From an uncultured virus (IMG/VR IMGVR_UViG_3300032323_001173) (lineage: Duplodnaviria > Heunggongvirae > Uroviricota > Caudoviricetes): 64,000 nucleotides of DNA. Position numbers and translations under genes: made by a program. Shown here piece after piece: positions 1 to 10,071 of the stretch (the stretch's first letter is position 1; each line of letters begins with the position of its first letter). The notes under the pieces are model-generated. The model searched no databases. It saw only the letters and a program-made list of their open reading frames with translations, and had not been told where the DNA came from. The DNA is taken from IMG/VR virus record IMGVR_UViG_3300032323_001173. One strand, written 5' to 3'.

Positions 1-27
1 AAGTTACACCCAAATCAATTTAGTCGC

Positions 28-585
28 ATGGTCCACAACGTTACACACGCAGTAAAAACCGCTAGTCCAGAGGACGTTAGGTCTGGTATGGATTGGTACA
101 AACGTGCTCATGACTTTGCAACTGAGATTGGAAATGGAGATGTACGTCGTGGGGCGGGTGCCATTGCAATATTGAGTGCACAAGTTGGTTGGAATGACAA
201 CCAACGGATGGCACGTCAATTAAGAGATACAGGAACTGCTAGTGGTGGTTTTGTAACGGGAAGACAGGTACGCCAGGCTCGTGAGGTTCTTGAAGGTTCC
301 GTAGATCCAGAACAACATTTACCAATGGATAGAAAAACTGGTAATTTCTTTAGAAACATTGTTAACCCAGATGACGCTAAAAGCGTTACGATTGATCGCC
401 ACGCCCATGACATCACAGTAGGTCGTGTGCTTGGTAGTGAAGATCGTGGTCTACAAACACCCACTAGATACAACACATTTGTTCAAGCACACCTTAATGC
501 CGCTGGTCACCTTGGCATACTTCCACATCAAGCACAAGCCATCGGCTGGGTAAACTGGCGCCGACAGAGGGGAATCGTTGATTAA
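28..585 (+). CDS. Phage protein, probable HhH DNA-glycosylase-like fold (DUF7178-like); may be 5'-truncated
   Basis: G-x-x-WY, AILS...W..N, K...F..NI, VTIDRHA and QAIGW motifs; frame is open back to position 1. Confidence 0.55.
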   Translation: MVHNVTHAVKTASPEDVRSGMDWYKRAHDFATEIGNGDVRRGAGAIAILSAQVGWNDNQRMARQLRDTGTASGGFVTGRQVRQAREVLEGSVDPEQHLPMDRKTGNFFRNIVNPDDAKSVTIDRHAHDITVGRVLGSEDRGLQTPTRYNTFVQAHLNAAGHLGILPHQAQAIGWVNWRRQRGIVD

Positions 586-587
586 GT

Positions 588-824
588 ATGACCGACGCAT
601 GGGCGCTTATTATCGCCACTCTTATCACCACCCTTGCTGGAGCCATTGGCGCAGGAATTAAGCAATTAAAAGAACTCCGTAAAGAGAACCGCAATGACCA
701 CGGGATGGTCATGCTTCATTTAAAAACTGTAAGGCGTACTGTTGAGAACGTGGGCGACAAAGTCCAGGCTGTGTCCGACCGTCTTGAAAACCACATTGAT
801 TGGCATCTAGACAATAAGAAGTGA
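588..824 (+). CDS. Small membrane protein (N-terminal TM plus coiled coil; holin-like)
   Basis: Hydrophobic N-terminal helix followed by an amphipathic coil. Confidence 0.5.
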   Translation: MTDAWALIIATLITTLAGAIGAGIKQLKELRKENRNDHGMVMLHLKTVRRTVENVGDKVQAVSDRLENHIDWHLDNKK

Positions 825-898
825 TACATGACACACCCATGAATTGGGTGATAGGATATTCCTGACCGTAATTCTGAATTGAAAAAGGTTAGGTATTT

Positions 899-1198
899 GT
901 GAAACAACAAGAGCAGAAAACAACTCTGCTGGACGCCCTACTTTCTCCCCGAACTAACCTTTCGGCAGAAGCATGCAAGTTCAGCAGAACAACAGACAAG
1001 ATGTCTTCTGAAGAACAAGAAGCAATCAGTCGTGCCATTGATCTCATTCGTGAAGACAATGGTTTAGGTAAAAGCAAAACGTACAGCGCATCATGGCTTA
1101 CAAAAGTTATGCGCCAACATGGTTACAACGTGAGTATAAGTACAATCCAGCGTCACGTCAATAAAGAGTGTTGCTGTTACCAAGGAGACGCACAATGA
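899..1198 (+). CDS. Small putative DNA-binding protein (HTH-like, terminal Cys/His)
   Basis: ISTIQRHVNKECCC C-terminus; GTG start downstream of TAGGAT -10 at 852-857; overlaps the next ATG. Confidence 0.45.
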   Translation: MKQQEQKTTLLDALLSPRTNLSAEACKFSRTTDKMSSEEQEAISRAIDLIREDNGLGKSKTYSASWLTKVMRQHGYNVSISTIQRHVNKECCCYQGDAQ

Positions 1199-2349
1199 GT
1201 GAATTAACCAAAGCATTAACAACAGCACCACAAGATAAGACTAAGTTGCTTGGCAAGTTAGTTGAAATGCTTGAAAGCAAGAACATTGATATCAACGAGA
1301 TTGGTGATATTAAGCGTGTCAAGTTGTATCAAGCAATGTCAAAAGACTCAGACGGTGAAGCGCATATTCATGACCTCGCCGCAATTCAGTTTTCTCCTAA
1401 GTGGGAAACTGGTCCAGAGTGGCCTGTGGTTACACAAGGTCCTGCAATTAAGATGCCAACTCCAAAAGCAAAAGTAAAGAAGCCAACAACATTCAAAACA
1501 TGTGTTGTTGTTCCTGACATTCAGATTGGTTACTACCGTGGTCGTGACGGCACATTAGAACCAACGCATGATGAGAAGGCACTTGATGTTGCACTCAAGA
1601 TCATTGAAGAGATGAATCCTGACACAGTTATATGTGTTGGTGACAACCTTGACTTCCCTGAGATGGGTAAGTACTTGACGTATCCTGCATACGCACAAAC
1701 CACACAAGCATCAATTGATCGTGCAACAGTGTTCTGCGCACAGATGCGTGCGGCGGCTCCTGATGCAGAAATCGTTTGGCTTGCTGGTAACCACGAAGAG
1801 CGTATGCCTAAATACATCTTGGTGAACGCATCAGCCGCTTATGGTTTGCGTAAAGGAAACACCCCAGAATCATGGCCTGTTTTGAGTGTTCCATACCTTT
1901 GTCGTATGGATGACTTCAATGTAATTTACAAACCAGGTTACCCAGCATCTGACTATTGGGTCAATGAGAAACTTCGCATCATCCACGGCGATCGTGTGAA
2001 GTCATCAGGATCAACAGCACATATTTATCTCAACAACGAAAAGACGAGCGTTATCTATGGACATATACATCGCATTGAAACGGCTTTCAAAACACGTGAA
2101 GACTTTGATGGTCCACGCACCATCATGGCCGCTTCTCCTGGTTGTCTTGCTCGCATTGATGGTGCTATTCCATCCACCAAGGGCGGTGTAGATCTTGACG
2201 GACGCCCGTTGACTCGCCATGAAAATTGGCAACAAGGATTGGGCATTGTTCGTTACGAAGACGACGGACAACATCGCTTCTCTTACGATGTCATCCCTAT
2301 CTACAACGGATGGGGAATGTACCAAGGTAAGGAATATCAGGCGGGATAA
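1195..2349 (+). CDS. Calcineurin-like metallophosphoesterase
   Basis: PDIQ, GDNLD, GNHE, HG and GHIHR motifs; SD AAGGAG before ATG 1195. Confidence 0.85.
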   Translation: MSELTKALTTAPQDKTKLLGKLVEMLESKNIDINEIGDIKRVKLYQAMSKDSDGEAHIHDLAAIQFSPKWETGPEWPVVTQGPAIKMPTPKAKVKKPTTFKTCVVVPDIQIGYYRGRDGTLEPTHDEKALDVALKIIEEMNPDTVICVGDNLDFPEMGKYLTYPAYAQTTQASIDRATVFCAQMRAAAPDAEIVWLAGNHEERMPKYILVNASAAYGLRKGNTPESWPVLSVPYLCRMDDFNVIYKPGYPASDYWVNEKLRIIHGDRVKSSGSTAHIYLNNEKTSVIYGHIHRIETAFKTREDFDGPRTIMAASPGCLARIDGAIPSTKGGVDLDGRPLTRHENWQQGLGIVRYEDDGQHRFSYDVIPIYNGWGMYQGKEYQAG

Positions 2350-2981
2350 TGACAACGATTGTTGGCATCCAAGGTGACGGCTTTGCCGTGGTGTGTGTTG
2401 ACTCACGTATCTCCACCGTGTTTTCCGACGGTCTTGCTCAAACTGGAACGCTCCGTGAAGGCTCCAGCAAAGTTGCTGTTAACGGCAAATACTTGTTAGG
2501 TGCGGCTGGAGACGTGCGTGCAATCAATATCTTGCACCATGTCTTCCAGCCCCCAGCGGTTCCACCAAACTTGAAAGGTAAGAAACTAGATCAGTTCTTT
2601 ACTGCCAAGTTCATTCCTGCATTGCGTGAATGTTTTGATGCTCAAGGTTATTCAATCCCTGATCTCAATGAGAACAAAGAACACATTGCCGAGCAAGGTT
2701 CTAGCATCCTTGTTGTGGTCAATGGTGTTATCTACATGGTGGACGGCGACTACGCATGGTCGTCTGAAGCCAGCGGTATCTACGCCATCGGTTCTGGTGC
2801 CCACTATGCCCTAGGCGCTTTACAGGTCATGATGAACAAAAAGAAGTGGACAGCCCAGCAGGCTAAGACCAGTGCCCTCAAGGCTCTCAATATTGCGGCT
2901 CGGTTTGACCCTTACACGGGTCCTCCGTACCAGACCTACGTACAAGGTCAAGAAAGCGCCCGAACCCGTAAAACGGTATAA
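2349..2981 (+). CDS. Proteasome beta-subunit/HslV-like Ntn threonine peptidase
   Basis: N-terminal M-TTIVG, DSR, conserved Lys, GAAGD, AIGSG and D-P-Y-TG motifs; TAATG coupling to the upstream gene. Confidence 0.85.
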   Translation: MTTIVGIQGDGFAVVCVDSRISTVFSDGLAQTGTLREGSSKVAVNGKYLLGAAGDVRAINILHHVFQPPAVPPNLKGKKLDQFFTAKFIPALRECFDAQGYSIPDLNENKEHIAEQGSSILVVVNGVIYMVDGDYAWSSEASGIYAIGSGAHYALGALQVMMNKKKWTAQQAKTSALKALNIAARFDPYTGPPYQTYVQGQESARTRKTV

Positions 2982-3008
2982 TCTCTTTGAACCTACTCAA
3001 GGAGACTT

Positions 3009-3290
3009 ATGAATCAAATGAAGACCGCCCACGCAGATGCCGCTATCAAAGGTGCCGCCCTCGGTATCTTGGCATTTGCCGCCGCTAAATACAACCTCTC
3101 ACCTGAACTTGTTGCTTTGGCATTGCCATTCGTTGCTACCGCAATCTCGCTGGTATCAACCAAGATCGGTCCTGCAAACACCACCTTGCTTTTGAAGGTT
3201 GCTGAACAAGCAATTGCTTCTGCTCCTGTTAAGGCAGAACCAGCACCTGTGAAGAAGGCTGTGGCTAAGAAGGCCGCCGCTAAAAAGTAA
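3009..3290 (+). CDS. Membrane protein, two TM helices and a Lys/Ala-rich tail (holin-like)
   Basis: Two hydrophobic segments; AKKAAAKK tail; SD AAGGAG. Confidence 0.55.
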   Translation: MNQMKTAHADAAIKGAALGILAFAAAKYNLSPELVALALPFVATAISLVSTKIGPANTTLLLKVAEQAIASAPVKAEPAPVKKAVAKKAAAKK

Positions 3291-3913
3291 TGGCTCGTCA
3301 AATACCTCACGAAAATGCTGAGGATTGGACATATCCAATAAACCCAGAAACCGTGTTACATAACACGTTAACGGGCACTGGGTACACCGTCAACTTGCAG
3401 ACAGGTAAAACTCCTACTACAGGAACAATGGTGTCCATTCCTGGACATGAAAAGACTGTCCCAACTTCCAGTATTACACCTGATGACATTTCCGAGTTTG
3501 CTACATCTAAAGAACACAAGGATGTACTAAATAAAAGAAATAGCAACTTAGGTACTTGGAATACTGGTGAAGAGGTATTTCTTGACGTATCCCGCAGGTA
3601 CCCCAATACTACAGGGGGCGCAAAAGCGGCACGGTCAGCCGCAATGCGTGGCGATCAATTTGCTATATACAACATTGACCGAGGTTTAACTGAGCGAAAT
3701 GTGGCGGCTCCTAAAGTTCAACAACAGTATTTGCAAGAGAAAAACATTGAACTATCTGAAGACGCAGGTCGGGAATACTTGGAAAGCACATCCCCTGTGG
3801 GGTTGCACGTAACTACGGGATTCCGAACAGCGCCAGATAAGGGAACTCGTGGCAAGCGTAAGGCGGGCACAGGTCAAGGAACTATCGTCTGGACTGGTGA
3901 ACCTAACCAGTAG
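3290..3913 (+). CDS. Hypothetical phage protein
   Basis: 207-aa ORF coupled by TAATG; LGTW...VFLDVS...QFAIYNI pattern seen in phage proteins. Confidence 0.6.
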   Translation: MARQIPHENAEDWTYPINPETVLHNTLTGTGYTVNLQTGKTPTTGTMVSIPGHEKTVPTSSITPDDISEFATSKEHKDVLNKRNSNLGTWNTGEEVFLDVSRRYPNTTGGAKAARSAAMRGDQFAIYNIDRGLTERNVAAPKVQQQYLQEKNIELSEDAGREYLESTSPVGLHVTTGFRTAPDKGTRGKRKAGTGQGTIVWTGEPNQ

Positions 3914-3999
3914 AGTAACGCCTTGTGTTAACAACTCTCCTTTAGATATCAGGCTACAATTTATACACCTACAAATTTTGAATAGGGGCACATGTCCTA

Positions 4000-5688
4000 A
4001 TGGCAGTTGATTTTTGGTCGCCATCATATAGAGCATCTTCAAGCGACCTAACGGTTGCTATCTCCCCGCTCGGATTAGTTGAACTTGCAGACGAAGAGTT
4101 TGAAGTTCACGGACCTCGTTTAAACAGATACTCTGCCGCTTGGGCTTGGTACCTTGGTCACCACTGGTCATACCGCCGTGAACTAGGTGAGTCACAGTTC
4201 TACATGAACTATGTCCGTACTATGTCGGATTACATCACCAACTTCTGTTTTGGTAAAGGTGTTCAATTTAAAACACCTGAACAGAACGGCGCCATCATCC
4301 CACACTTGCTTCACCGTGTTTGGGATCAAGATAACAGTAAGCATTATGTTCTTTGGGAAATTGGTCAACTTGCCTCTGTAACTGGTGACGCTTTTGTCAA
4401 AGTTGCATACGAAGAACCGTTTGTAGACCCTGCGGGAGTCCCACACGAAGGTCGTGTACGTGTCATCCCTTTGAACCCAGCGCATTGCTTCCCTGAGTAT
4501 CACCCGCATGACCGTGACCGTTTGATTCGTTTCAAACTTAAATACCGTTTCTGGGGAACATCACCAGAAGGAACACGTCAGGTTTATACCTTTACTGAAA
4601 TTCTTACGGATGAAACCGTTCAACAGTTCATCAACGATGAATTGATTGACCAGTATGACAATGTGTTGGGAACTATTCCTATTGTGCATATTCCTAACTC
4701 CACAATTTCATCATCACCTTGGGGTCAGTCAGACATTTGGGACATCATTCCTCTCAACCGTGAACTTAACGAAAAGATGGTTGAAGTTTCTGACATCATC
4801 AACTACCACGCCGCTCCTGTAACAATCATCACTGGTGCTAAGGCTTCACAACTAGAACGTGGACCTAAAAAGGTTTGGGCAGGTCTTCCTAAAGACGCAA
4901 ACGTATTTAACCTTGAATCACGTGGTGAAATGGCTGGCGCTTTGGAATACATCACATTTATTAAGCGCACCATGCATGAGATTACGGGTGTTCCTGAAAC
5001 TGCGTTAGGTCAATTCCAGCCAGTATCTAACACTTCAGGTGTTGCTTTGGCTATTCAATACCAGCCAATGATGAACCGATTCATGATGAAAAAGATACAC
5101 TTTACAAAGGGTCTTGAGCGCATAAACGAATTAATCATTCGCACCGTGGCTATCTTCCAACCTGAGTGGTTGACCTATAACCCAATGATTGCCGCTGAAC
5201 CTGAGCCAGATCAACTTCCTCAGTTAGACCCTGCTGACCCATTGACATACAAAACAACAGTGCACTGGCCTGAGCCACTTCCTGTTGACGTGCTTATCAA
5301 ACTCAATGAAGTACAAGCCAAGATGGGTCTTGGTCTTGAATCTAAGCGTGGCGCTTTGCGCACCTTGGGTGAAGAATTCCCGAACGAAAAGATGCTTGAA
5401 ATCTTTGAAGAACTTCAAGACGACGCCTTGGATCAGGGCGCTCTTGACATGATGCGTGCCCAAATCCAGCAAGCCATTATGTTGGCTACTGGAATGGTTG
5501 CGGGTCCAGACGGTGGGGCGGCTCCCGCACCTGCTCCTTCTGGAGATGGTAATGTAAATTCGTCAAATGGTGGTAATGCTCCTTTACCAGGAGTTCCACC
5601 AATTGAAGAAGAATTAGTAAACAAGATAGTTTCACGGGCATACGGAGCAAGGTTCGCCCAGCGCCGTAACCCAGACGAAGACAACTAA
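4000..5688 (+). CDS. Portal protein (SPP1 gp6-like)
   Basis: 562 aa; TGDAF, IPIVHIPN...WGQSDI and NTSGVAL motifs; upstream of scaffold and capsid genes. Confidence 0.9.
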   Translation: MAVDFWSPSYRASSSDLTVAISPLGLVELADEEFEVHGPRLNRYSAAWAWYLGHHWSYRRELGESQFYMNYVRTMSDYITNFCFGKGVQFKTPEQNGAIIPHLLHRVWDQDNSKHYVLWEIGQLASVTGDAFVKVAYEEPFVDPAGVPHEGRVRVIPLNPAHCFPEYHPHDRDRLIRFKLKYRFWGTSPEGTRQVYTFTEILTDETVQQFINDELIDQYDNVLGTIPIVHIPNSTISSSPWGQSDIWDIIPLNRELNEKMVEVSDIINYHAAPVTIITGAKASQLERGPKKVWAGLPKDANVFNLESRGEMAGALEYITFIKRTMHEITGVPETALGQFQPVSNTSGVALAIQYQPMMNRFMMKKIHFTKGLERINELIIRTVAIFQPEWLTYNPMIAAEPEPDQLPQLDPADPLTYKTTVHWPEPLPVDVLIKLNEVQAKMGLGLESKRGALRTLGEEFPNEKMLEIFEELQDDALDQGALDMMRAQIQQAIMLATGMVAGPDGGAAPAPAPSGDGNVNSSNGGNAPLPGVPPIEEELVNKIVSRAYGARFAQRRNPDEDN

Positions 5689-5737
5689 GTTATTTAATAA
5701 CAGTTATTAATCGCCAAACAACACATAAGGAATAGAC

Positions 5738-6538
5738 ATGGCAAGAAATACCAGTCCTGAAGGGGACATTATCAGCGTACCTGCGGACGCACCAATGGTG
5801 GAACAGTTCGTAGAGTCGGCAATGAAAACAACTTCTAAGGTGTTTACCGAAGATGAAGTTGAAGGAATCCGCAAACAGGAAAAAGACAAGATGTACAAGC
5901 GTCTTGAAGAAGCGGATACCCGTGTAAGAAGCATGGAAGAGCAGATGAATCAAATTACTGCTGAACGTGAAGCCGCTAAAAAAGAGGCTGAAACACGTGC
6001 CGCTAAAGAAGCCGAGATCTTGCGTCAGCGTGAGATTGATGAACTGAGCGCCAAGGAATTGCTCCTGAAGCGTGAAGAAGAATTTAACCAAAAACTCCAG
6101 GAGATTGACGGTGACTACCGACGTCGTTTTGAGGAGATTGAAGCACAGCGCCTAGCCCAAGAGGCAATTATTGAAAAAGAGCGCCGTCTTCAGGAACTTA
6201 GTTCTTACCGTAACCGCCGACTTCAAGAGTCACAGGAAGAAATCATCCCTGAACTCATTGATCTCGTATCGGGTAATTCGGAAGATGAGATTGAAACATC
6301 AATTAGTGTACTTCGTGACCGAAGTTCTGCTATTCTTGAATCAATCCAACAAGCGACTGCGCAACAGCAAGGTCGTTTGAGGGGGGCACCAGTAACGGCG
6401 CCTCCTGTAGGGCCAATGGAAACTCAAACGGAATACCAAACATTAAATGCGGATGACATCCGTAATATGACAATGGATCAGTATGCGAAAATGCGTGATC
6501 GGCTACTTAATGCCCGCCCCAATAGGGGTAGGTTCTAA
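5738..6538 (+). CDS. Capsid scaffolding protein
   Basis: Glu/Arg-rich coiled coil between portal and capsid; C-terminal IRNMTMDQYAKMR motif. Confidence 0.8.
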   Translation: MARNTSPEGDIISVPADAPMVEQFVESAMKTTSKVFTEDEVEGIRKQEKDKMYKRLEEADTRVRSMEEQMNQITAEREAAKKEAETRAAKEAEILRQREIDELSAKELLLKREEEFNQKLQEIDGDYRRRFEEIEAQRLAQEAIIEKERRLQELSSYRNRRLQESQEEIIPELIDLVSGNSEDEIETSISVLRDRSSAILESIQQATAQQQGRLRGAPVTAPPVGPMETQTEYQTLNADDIRNMTMDQYAKMRDRLLNARPNRGRF

Positions 6539-6576
6539 AACCTAAAATCAACAATTAATCCTAGGAGGATTAGAAC

Positions 6577-7656
6577 ATGGCTTTTCCAGCCCCATCAGGT
6601 GGAGCAGTAACCAGTACCGCTAGCATTAGCGCAACTGGCTATAGTTCTTCATCAGCACTATCACCTGCAATTCAGCAAATCTGGTCCAAGGAAATCTTGT
6701 TCCAAGCAATGCCAGTATTGCGATTTGAACAGTTCGCAGTAAAGAAGACGGAACTCGGCGTTATGCCAGGTCTCACCGTCAACTTCATGCGTTACAACAA
6801 CATCGCAGTTGGCGCCAACGGTTCAGAATTGACCGAAGGTACCCGCATGGACCCAGTCGCTTTGACTGCATCGCAGATCCAAATCACCGTTAAAGAACAA
6901 GGTAAGTCGGTTGCAGTAACCGAACTTCTCTTGAACGCATCGTTTGATGACGTTATGGCATCGTCCAGCCGCTTGCTCGGTCGTCACATGGCACAGTCCA
7001 TGGACGTTCAGGCACGCAACACGCTGTACGCCCCAGGCGTTCCTTTCGGTGGCGGTTCAGCAGTAGCACCATCGGTAGTCTTTGGTCGTAAGACCCTCGG
7101 CTCAACCCGTGGTTCACTCGCTCCTTACGAATACTCATCGGCAGGCTCGGCTTCGGCTCCTGGATACCTTTCACCAGCAACCATCAAGGACGCTGTTGAA
7201 ATCCTCGCTGGTCAGAACATCCCACGCCTTGGCGACACCTACGTGTGCTTCGTTCACCCATCACAGAGCCGTGCGCTCCGTGACTGGCCTGAATTCATTG
7301 AAGTCACGAAGTATGCCGCTCCTGGCAACTTCATGCTCGGTGAAATCGGTCGTATCTACGACGTAGTTTTCATTGAAACCACTCAAGTACTTCAGGGTGG
7401 CACGGGAATCGTTGACGTAACCCCAGGCGGTTCAATCAACGACCCATCGTCAACCTCGTACAGCGCAATGATGATCGGTGACAACGCATTTGGTCAGGCA
7501 ATCGCCTTGCCAGTTGAACTCCGTGACGGTGGCGTAATTGACTTCGGTCGTGAGCATGGTCTCGCTTGGTACGCAATCTGGGGCTTCGGCGTAATCACGC
7601 ACGAATCCCGAGTGTTGATCAACACCAAGGGTGGAGCAATTGACTCCAACTTCTAA
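6577..7656 (+). CDS. Major capsid protein (N4 gp56-like family)
   Basis: 359 aa; LTEG, YVCFVHP, GEIGRIYDVVFIET and DFGR..GLAWY motifs; strong SD AGGAGG; terminator downstream. Confidence 0.92.
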   Translation: MAFPAPSGGAVTSTASISATGYSSSSALSPAIQQIWSKEILFQAMPVLRFEQFAVKKTELGVMPGLTVNFMRYNNIAVGANGSELTEGTRMDPVALTASQIQITVKEQGKSVAVTELLLNASFDDVMASSSRLLGRHMAQSMDVQARNTLYAPGVPFGGGSAVAPSVVFGRKTLGSTRGSLAPYEYSSAGSASAPGYLSPATIKDAVEILAGQNIPRLGDTYVCFVHPSQSRALRDWPEFIEVTKYAAPGNFMLGEIGRIYDVVFIETTQVLQGGTGIVDVTPGGSINDPSSTSYSAMMIGDNAFGQAIALPVELRDGGVIDFGREHGLAWYAIWGFGVITHESRVLINTKGGAIDSNF

Positions 7657-7684
7657 TCTTTAGAAGAAAAATGAAGTAGAGTGT

Positions 7685-7711
7685 AAGGGCGGGGGAAACC
7701 CCGCCCTTTAT
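7685..7711 (+). terminator. Intrinsic terminator after the capsid gene
   Basis: AAGGGCGGGG-GAAA-CCCCGCCCTT perfect stem with GNRA loop, followed by TAT. Confidence 0.75.
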
Positions 7712-7744
7712 CTCGTAAGCAACTTAAACAATTAGGAGAATGTT

Positions 7745-7987
7745 ATGGCAACCAAAAAAGCCAGTCAGTTTGCTGAAGTTGTGGAAACAACTGAAGAAGA
7801 AACCCCTGCTGTAGAAGTACAGCCACTTGAAGTTAACAGCAACACAATTCAAGCCCGTGTGAAGGGAACTTGGACGATGTTCTGGGGACAGCAAGTGTTT
7901 AATTTTGAAGATGGTACCCGCTACACGATTCCTCGTGACCTCTACAATTATTTGAAGAACAGCGGAAACATCTACGACACTTTGTGA
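7745..7987 (+). CDS. Small virion-associated hypothetical protein
   Basis: 80-aa ORF with SD AGGAG in the head-tail region. Confidence 0.65.
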   Translation: MATKKASQFAEVVETTEEETPAVEVQPLEVNSNTIQARVKGTWTMFWGQQVFNFEDGTRYTIPRDLYNYLKNSGNIYDTL

Positions 7988-7995
7988 GGTAACTA

Positions 7996-9162
7996 ATGGC
8001 AGGCTTTACGGTCCCTAATGCAACCGACTACGCCTCCAACGTCATTGCGGCACTAGATCAAGCCGAGCCAGACTCACTTGACTTTGCTGTCCTAGCAGAC
8101 CACCGCAGTGGTGTGATCTCTGGCGGGGCATACACATCTATTACTAGTGCCGCTGGTAACCCTACGCCTGCGTACTTAAACATTACACTTGCCGCTAGCG
8201 AAGTAACTATTGACGCTGTGTATGGGTCTATTGCAGGATCCACATTAATTATTGGTAGTGCCCCTACGTCTGCCAACACACGCTTTGACTTGATCGTTGC
8301 GTATAACAATGGTGGCACTTTTCAGTATGCAGTAGTTCCAGGAACCGAAAGCGCTACCAACCCTGTGTTCCCAACGTTGTTGGAAAGCCAAATTCCTTTG
8401 TATGCGGTGTACGTTAAGAACACATACAACACCACGTATACAACGGCTCTTGTTGTAGACAAACGTGCTTTTGCGGCTTCGTCTCACACCCGCACTGCCT
8501 CGGGCTCCCCATCAACCAGTTCTGGGTTGGTCGGAGATATTTACCTAAATACAACCACTAACTCAAACAGTGGTCAATCACAGGTTTATGTAAAGACTGG
8601 TTCATCAACTTGGACCAACCTTGCCACCTATGTAGCAATGGCTTCCGCCAACACTGCAAACAACATCGTCCAGCGTGACAGCAGTGGTAACTTCTCGGCA
8701 GGGACAATTACGGCTACAGCGTTCTCTGGATCTGGTGCGTCACTTACAAACATCCCAGGTTCGGCTATTGACAACCTTTCAGTAACCACTGGAAAGATTG
8801 CTGACAACGCAATCACAGCCGCCAAACTAGCATCAGGTACTCCTCGTGCTGGCTACAACTCCACACGCAACGTCGTCACAAGTTCATACACACTTGTGGC
8901 AAGTGACTTGGGCAAGTTGGTTGAGGGCAACAGTTCGTCTGCAATTACCATCACCATCCCAACTGACTCAGTATCCTTCAGTGAAGGTGATCGTATAGAC
9001 ATTCTTCAGACTGGATCAGGACAGATTACTCTTAATCCAGATACAGGTGTAACCCTTAACTCAGACAGTGGCAAGCGCAAACTCCTCAATCAGTGGGCCG
9101 CATGCACGTTGATTAAGCGTGGTTCTAATACTTGGGTGGCTATCGGAAACCTCACGGATTAA
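7996..9162 (+). CDS. Fibre/decoration structural protein
   Basis: Ser/Thr/Gly-rich; NTANNIVQRDSSGNFSAGTIT and YTLVASDLGK...W...GNL fibre-type motifs. Confidence 0.7.
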   Translation: MAGFTVPNATDYASNVIAALDQAEPDSLDFAVLADHRSGVISGGAYTSITSAAGNPTPAYLNITLAASEVTIDAVYGSIAGSTLIIGSAPTSANTRFDLIVAYNNGGTFQYAVVPGTESATNPVFPTLLESQIPLYAVYVKNTYNTTYTTALVVDKRAFAASSHTRTASGSPSTSSGLVGDIYLNTTTNSNSGQSQVYVKTGSSTWTNLATYVAMASANTANNIVQRDSSGNFSAGTITATAFSGSGASLTNIPGSAIDNLSVTTGKIADNAITAAKLASGTPRAGYNSTRNVVTSSYTLVASDLGKLVEGNSSSAITITIPTDSVSFSEGDRIDILQTGSGQITLNPDTGVTLNSDSGKRKLLNQWAACTLIKRGSNTWVAIGNLTD

Positions 9163-9165
9163 TCT

Positions 9166-10071
9166 ATGATTCCAGGAATTGTAGATTCCGCAGTTTCAGC
9201 CGCTCGTACATTTACCGACGAGTTCTCAGGAACAGGATCGTTTGACTCTCGCTGGTCAGCGACTAGTGGTACATGGAGCAGAACAGATGGTAAGGCAACT
9301 AGTAGTACTGCGGCTTCTTCATACCCTTTACTCACTTTTAATGCAAACACTAAAGAAGTATCTGTTCGTTCTGAGTATGGTGTTTTAGCAACAGTTGGTT
9401 GGGGTGTTTCTTTTTGGGTGCAGGATGCTAGTAACTGGTGGGCGGCGGTAACTGATCGCACGTTTGGTTACTCTTGCCCCAGCGGTGGTTCACTGAGTGG
9501 AACCACTTGTACTATCCCACCAACATACGTTCCACAAACTTGTCAGTATCCAACCACGTACTCATGTCCATCAGGCGGAACACTGAGTGGTACGACTTGT
9601 TACTACTGTGCGCAAGGCGAGCCACAAGGTGGTGGGTGTGCCCAGTGTGGTTTCTTCTCTGGAACACGTTACGAGTGCCGACCATACTCATCATATGCGG
9701 CTACAGCAACCCCAGGTGCTTTTTATGACTGTAGTTATTACACAGGTGGTGGATCATACGCCGCAACCTTAAACTACACATATCAATTAAAACTTATAAA
9801 ATCAGTATCAGGAACAGTATCAACTGTAGGCACTGTTGACATCGCTACAACAACATCAGGTACCGCAGGTATTGGGTATGTCCAAGTGGTAACCACCAAA
9901 GCAGGACAGATTACAGCAAGTGCTCAAATGAGTACAGGTGGAGCAACCTCACAGATTATTAACACCCCATCATCCCCAACAAAAGCCCGACGTCACGGTC
10001 TCATTTTTGCACCAATCACTAACGGCACCCAAGCAACCAGTATTGAAAGGTTTGTGTACGCACCAGCATGA
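9166..10071 (+). CDS. Beta-rich structural protein with a Cys-rich insert (putative adhesin/receptor-binding)
   Basis: MIPGIV start typical of fibre partners; two YSCPSGG(S/T)LSGTTC repeats. Confidence 0.6.
   Translation: MIPGIVDSAVSAARTFTDEFSGTGSFDSRWSATSGTWSRTDGKATSSTAASSYPLLTFNANTKEVSVRSEYGVLATVGWGVSFWVQDASNWWAAVTDRTFGYSCPSGGSLSGTTCTIPPTYVPQTCQYPTTYSCPSGGTLSGTTCYYCAQGEPQGGGCAQCGFFSGTRYECRPYSSYAATATPGAFYDCSYYTGGGSYAATLNYTYQLKLIKSVSGTVSTVGTVDIATTTSGTAGIGYVQVVTTKAGQITASAQMSTGGATSQIINTPSSPTKARRHGLIFAPITNGTQATSIERFVYAPA

Noticed and set aside
9166..10071. Diversity-generating retroelement target
   Set aside because: No reverse transcriptase in the window, and the repeats differ at synonymous positions rather than only at adenines
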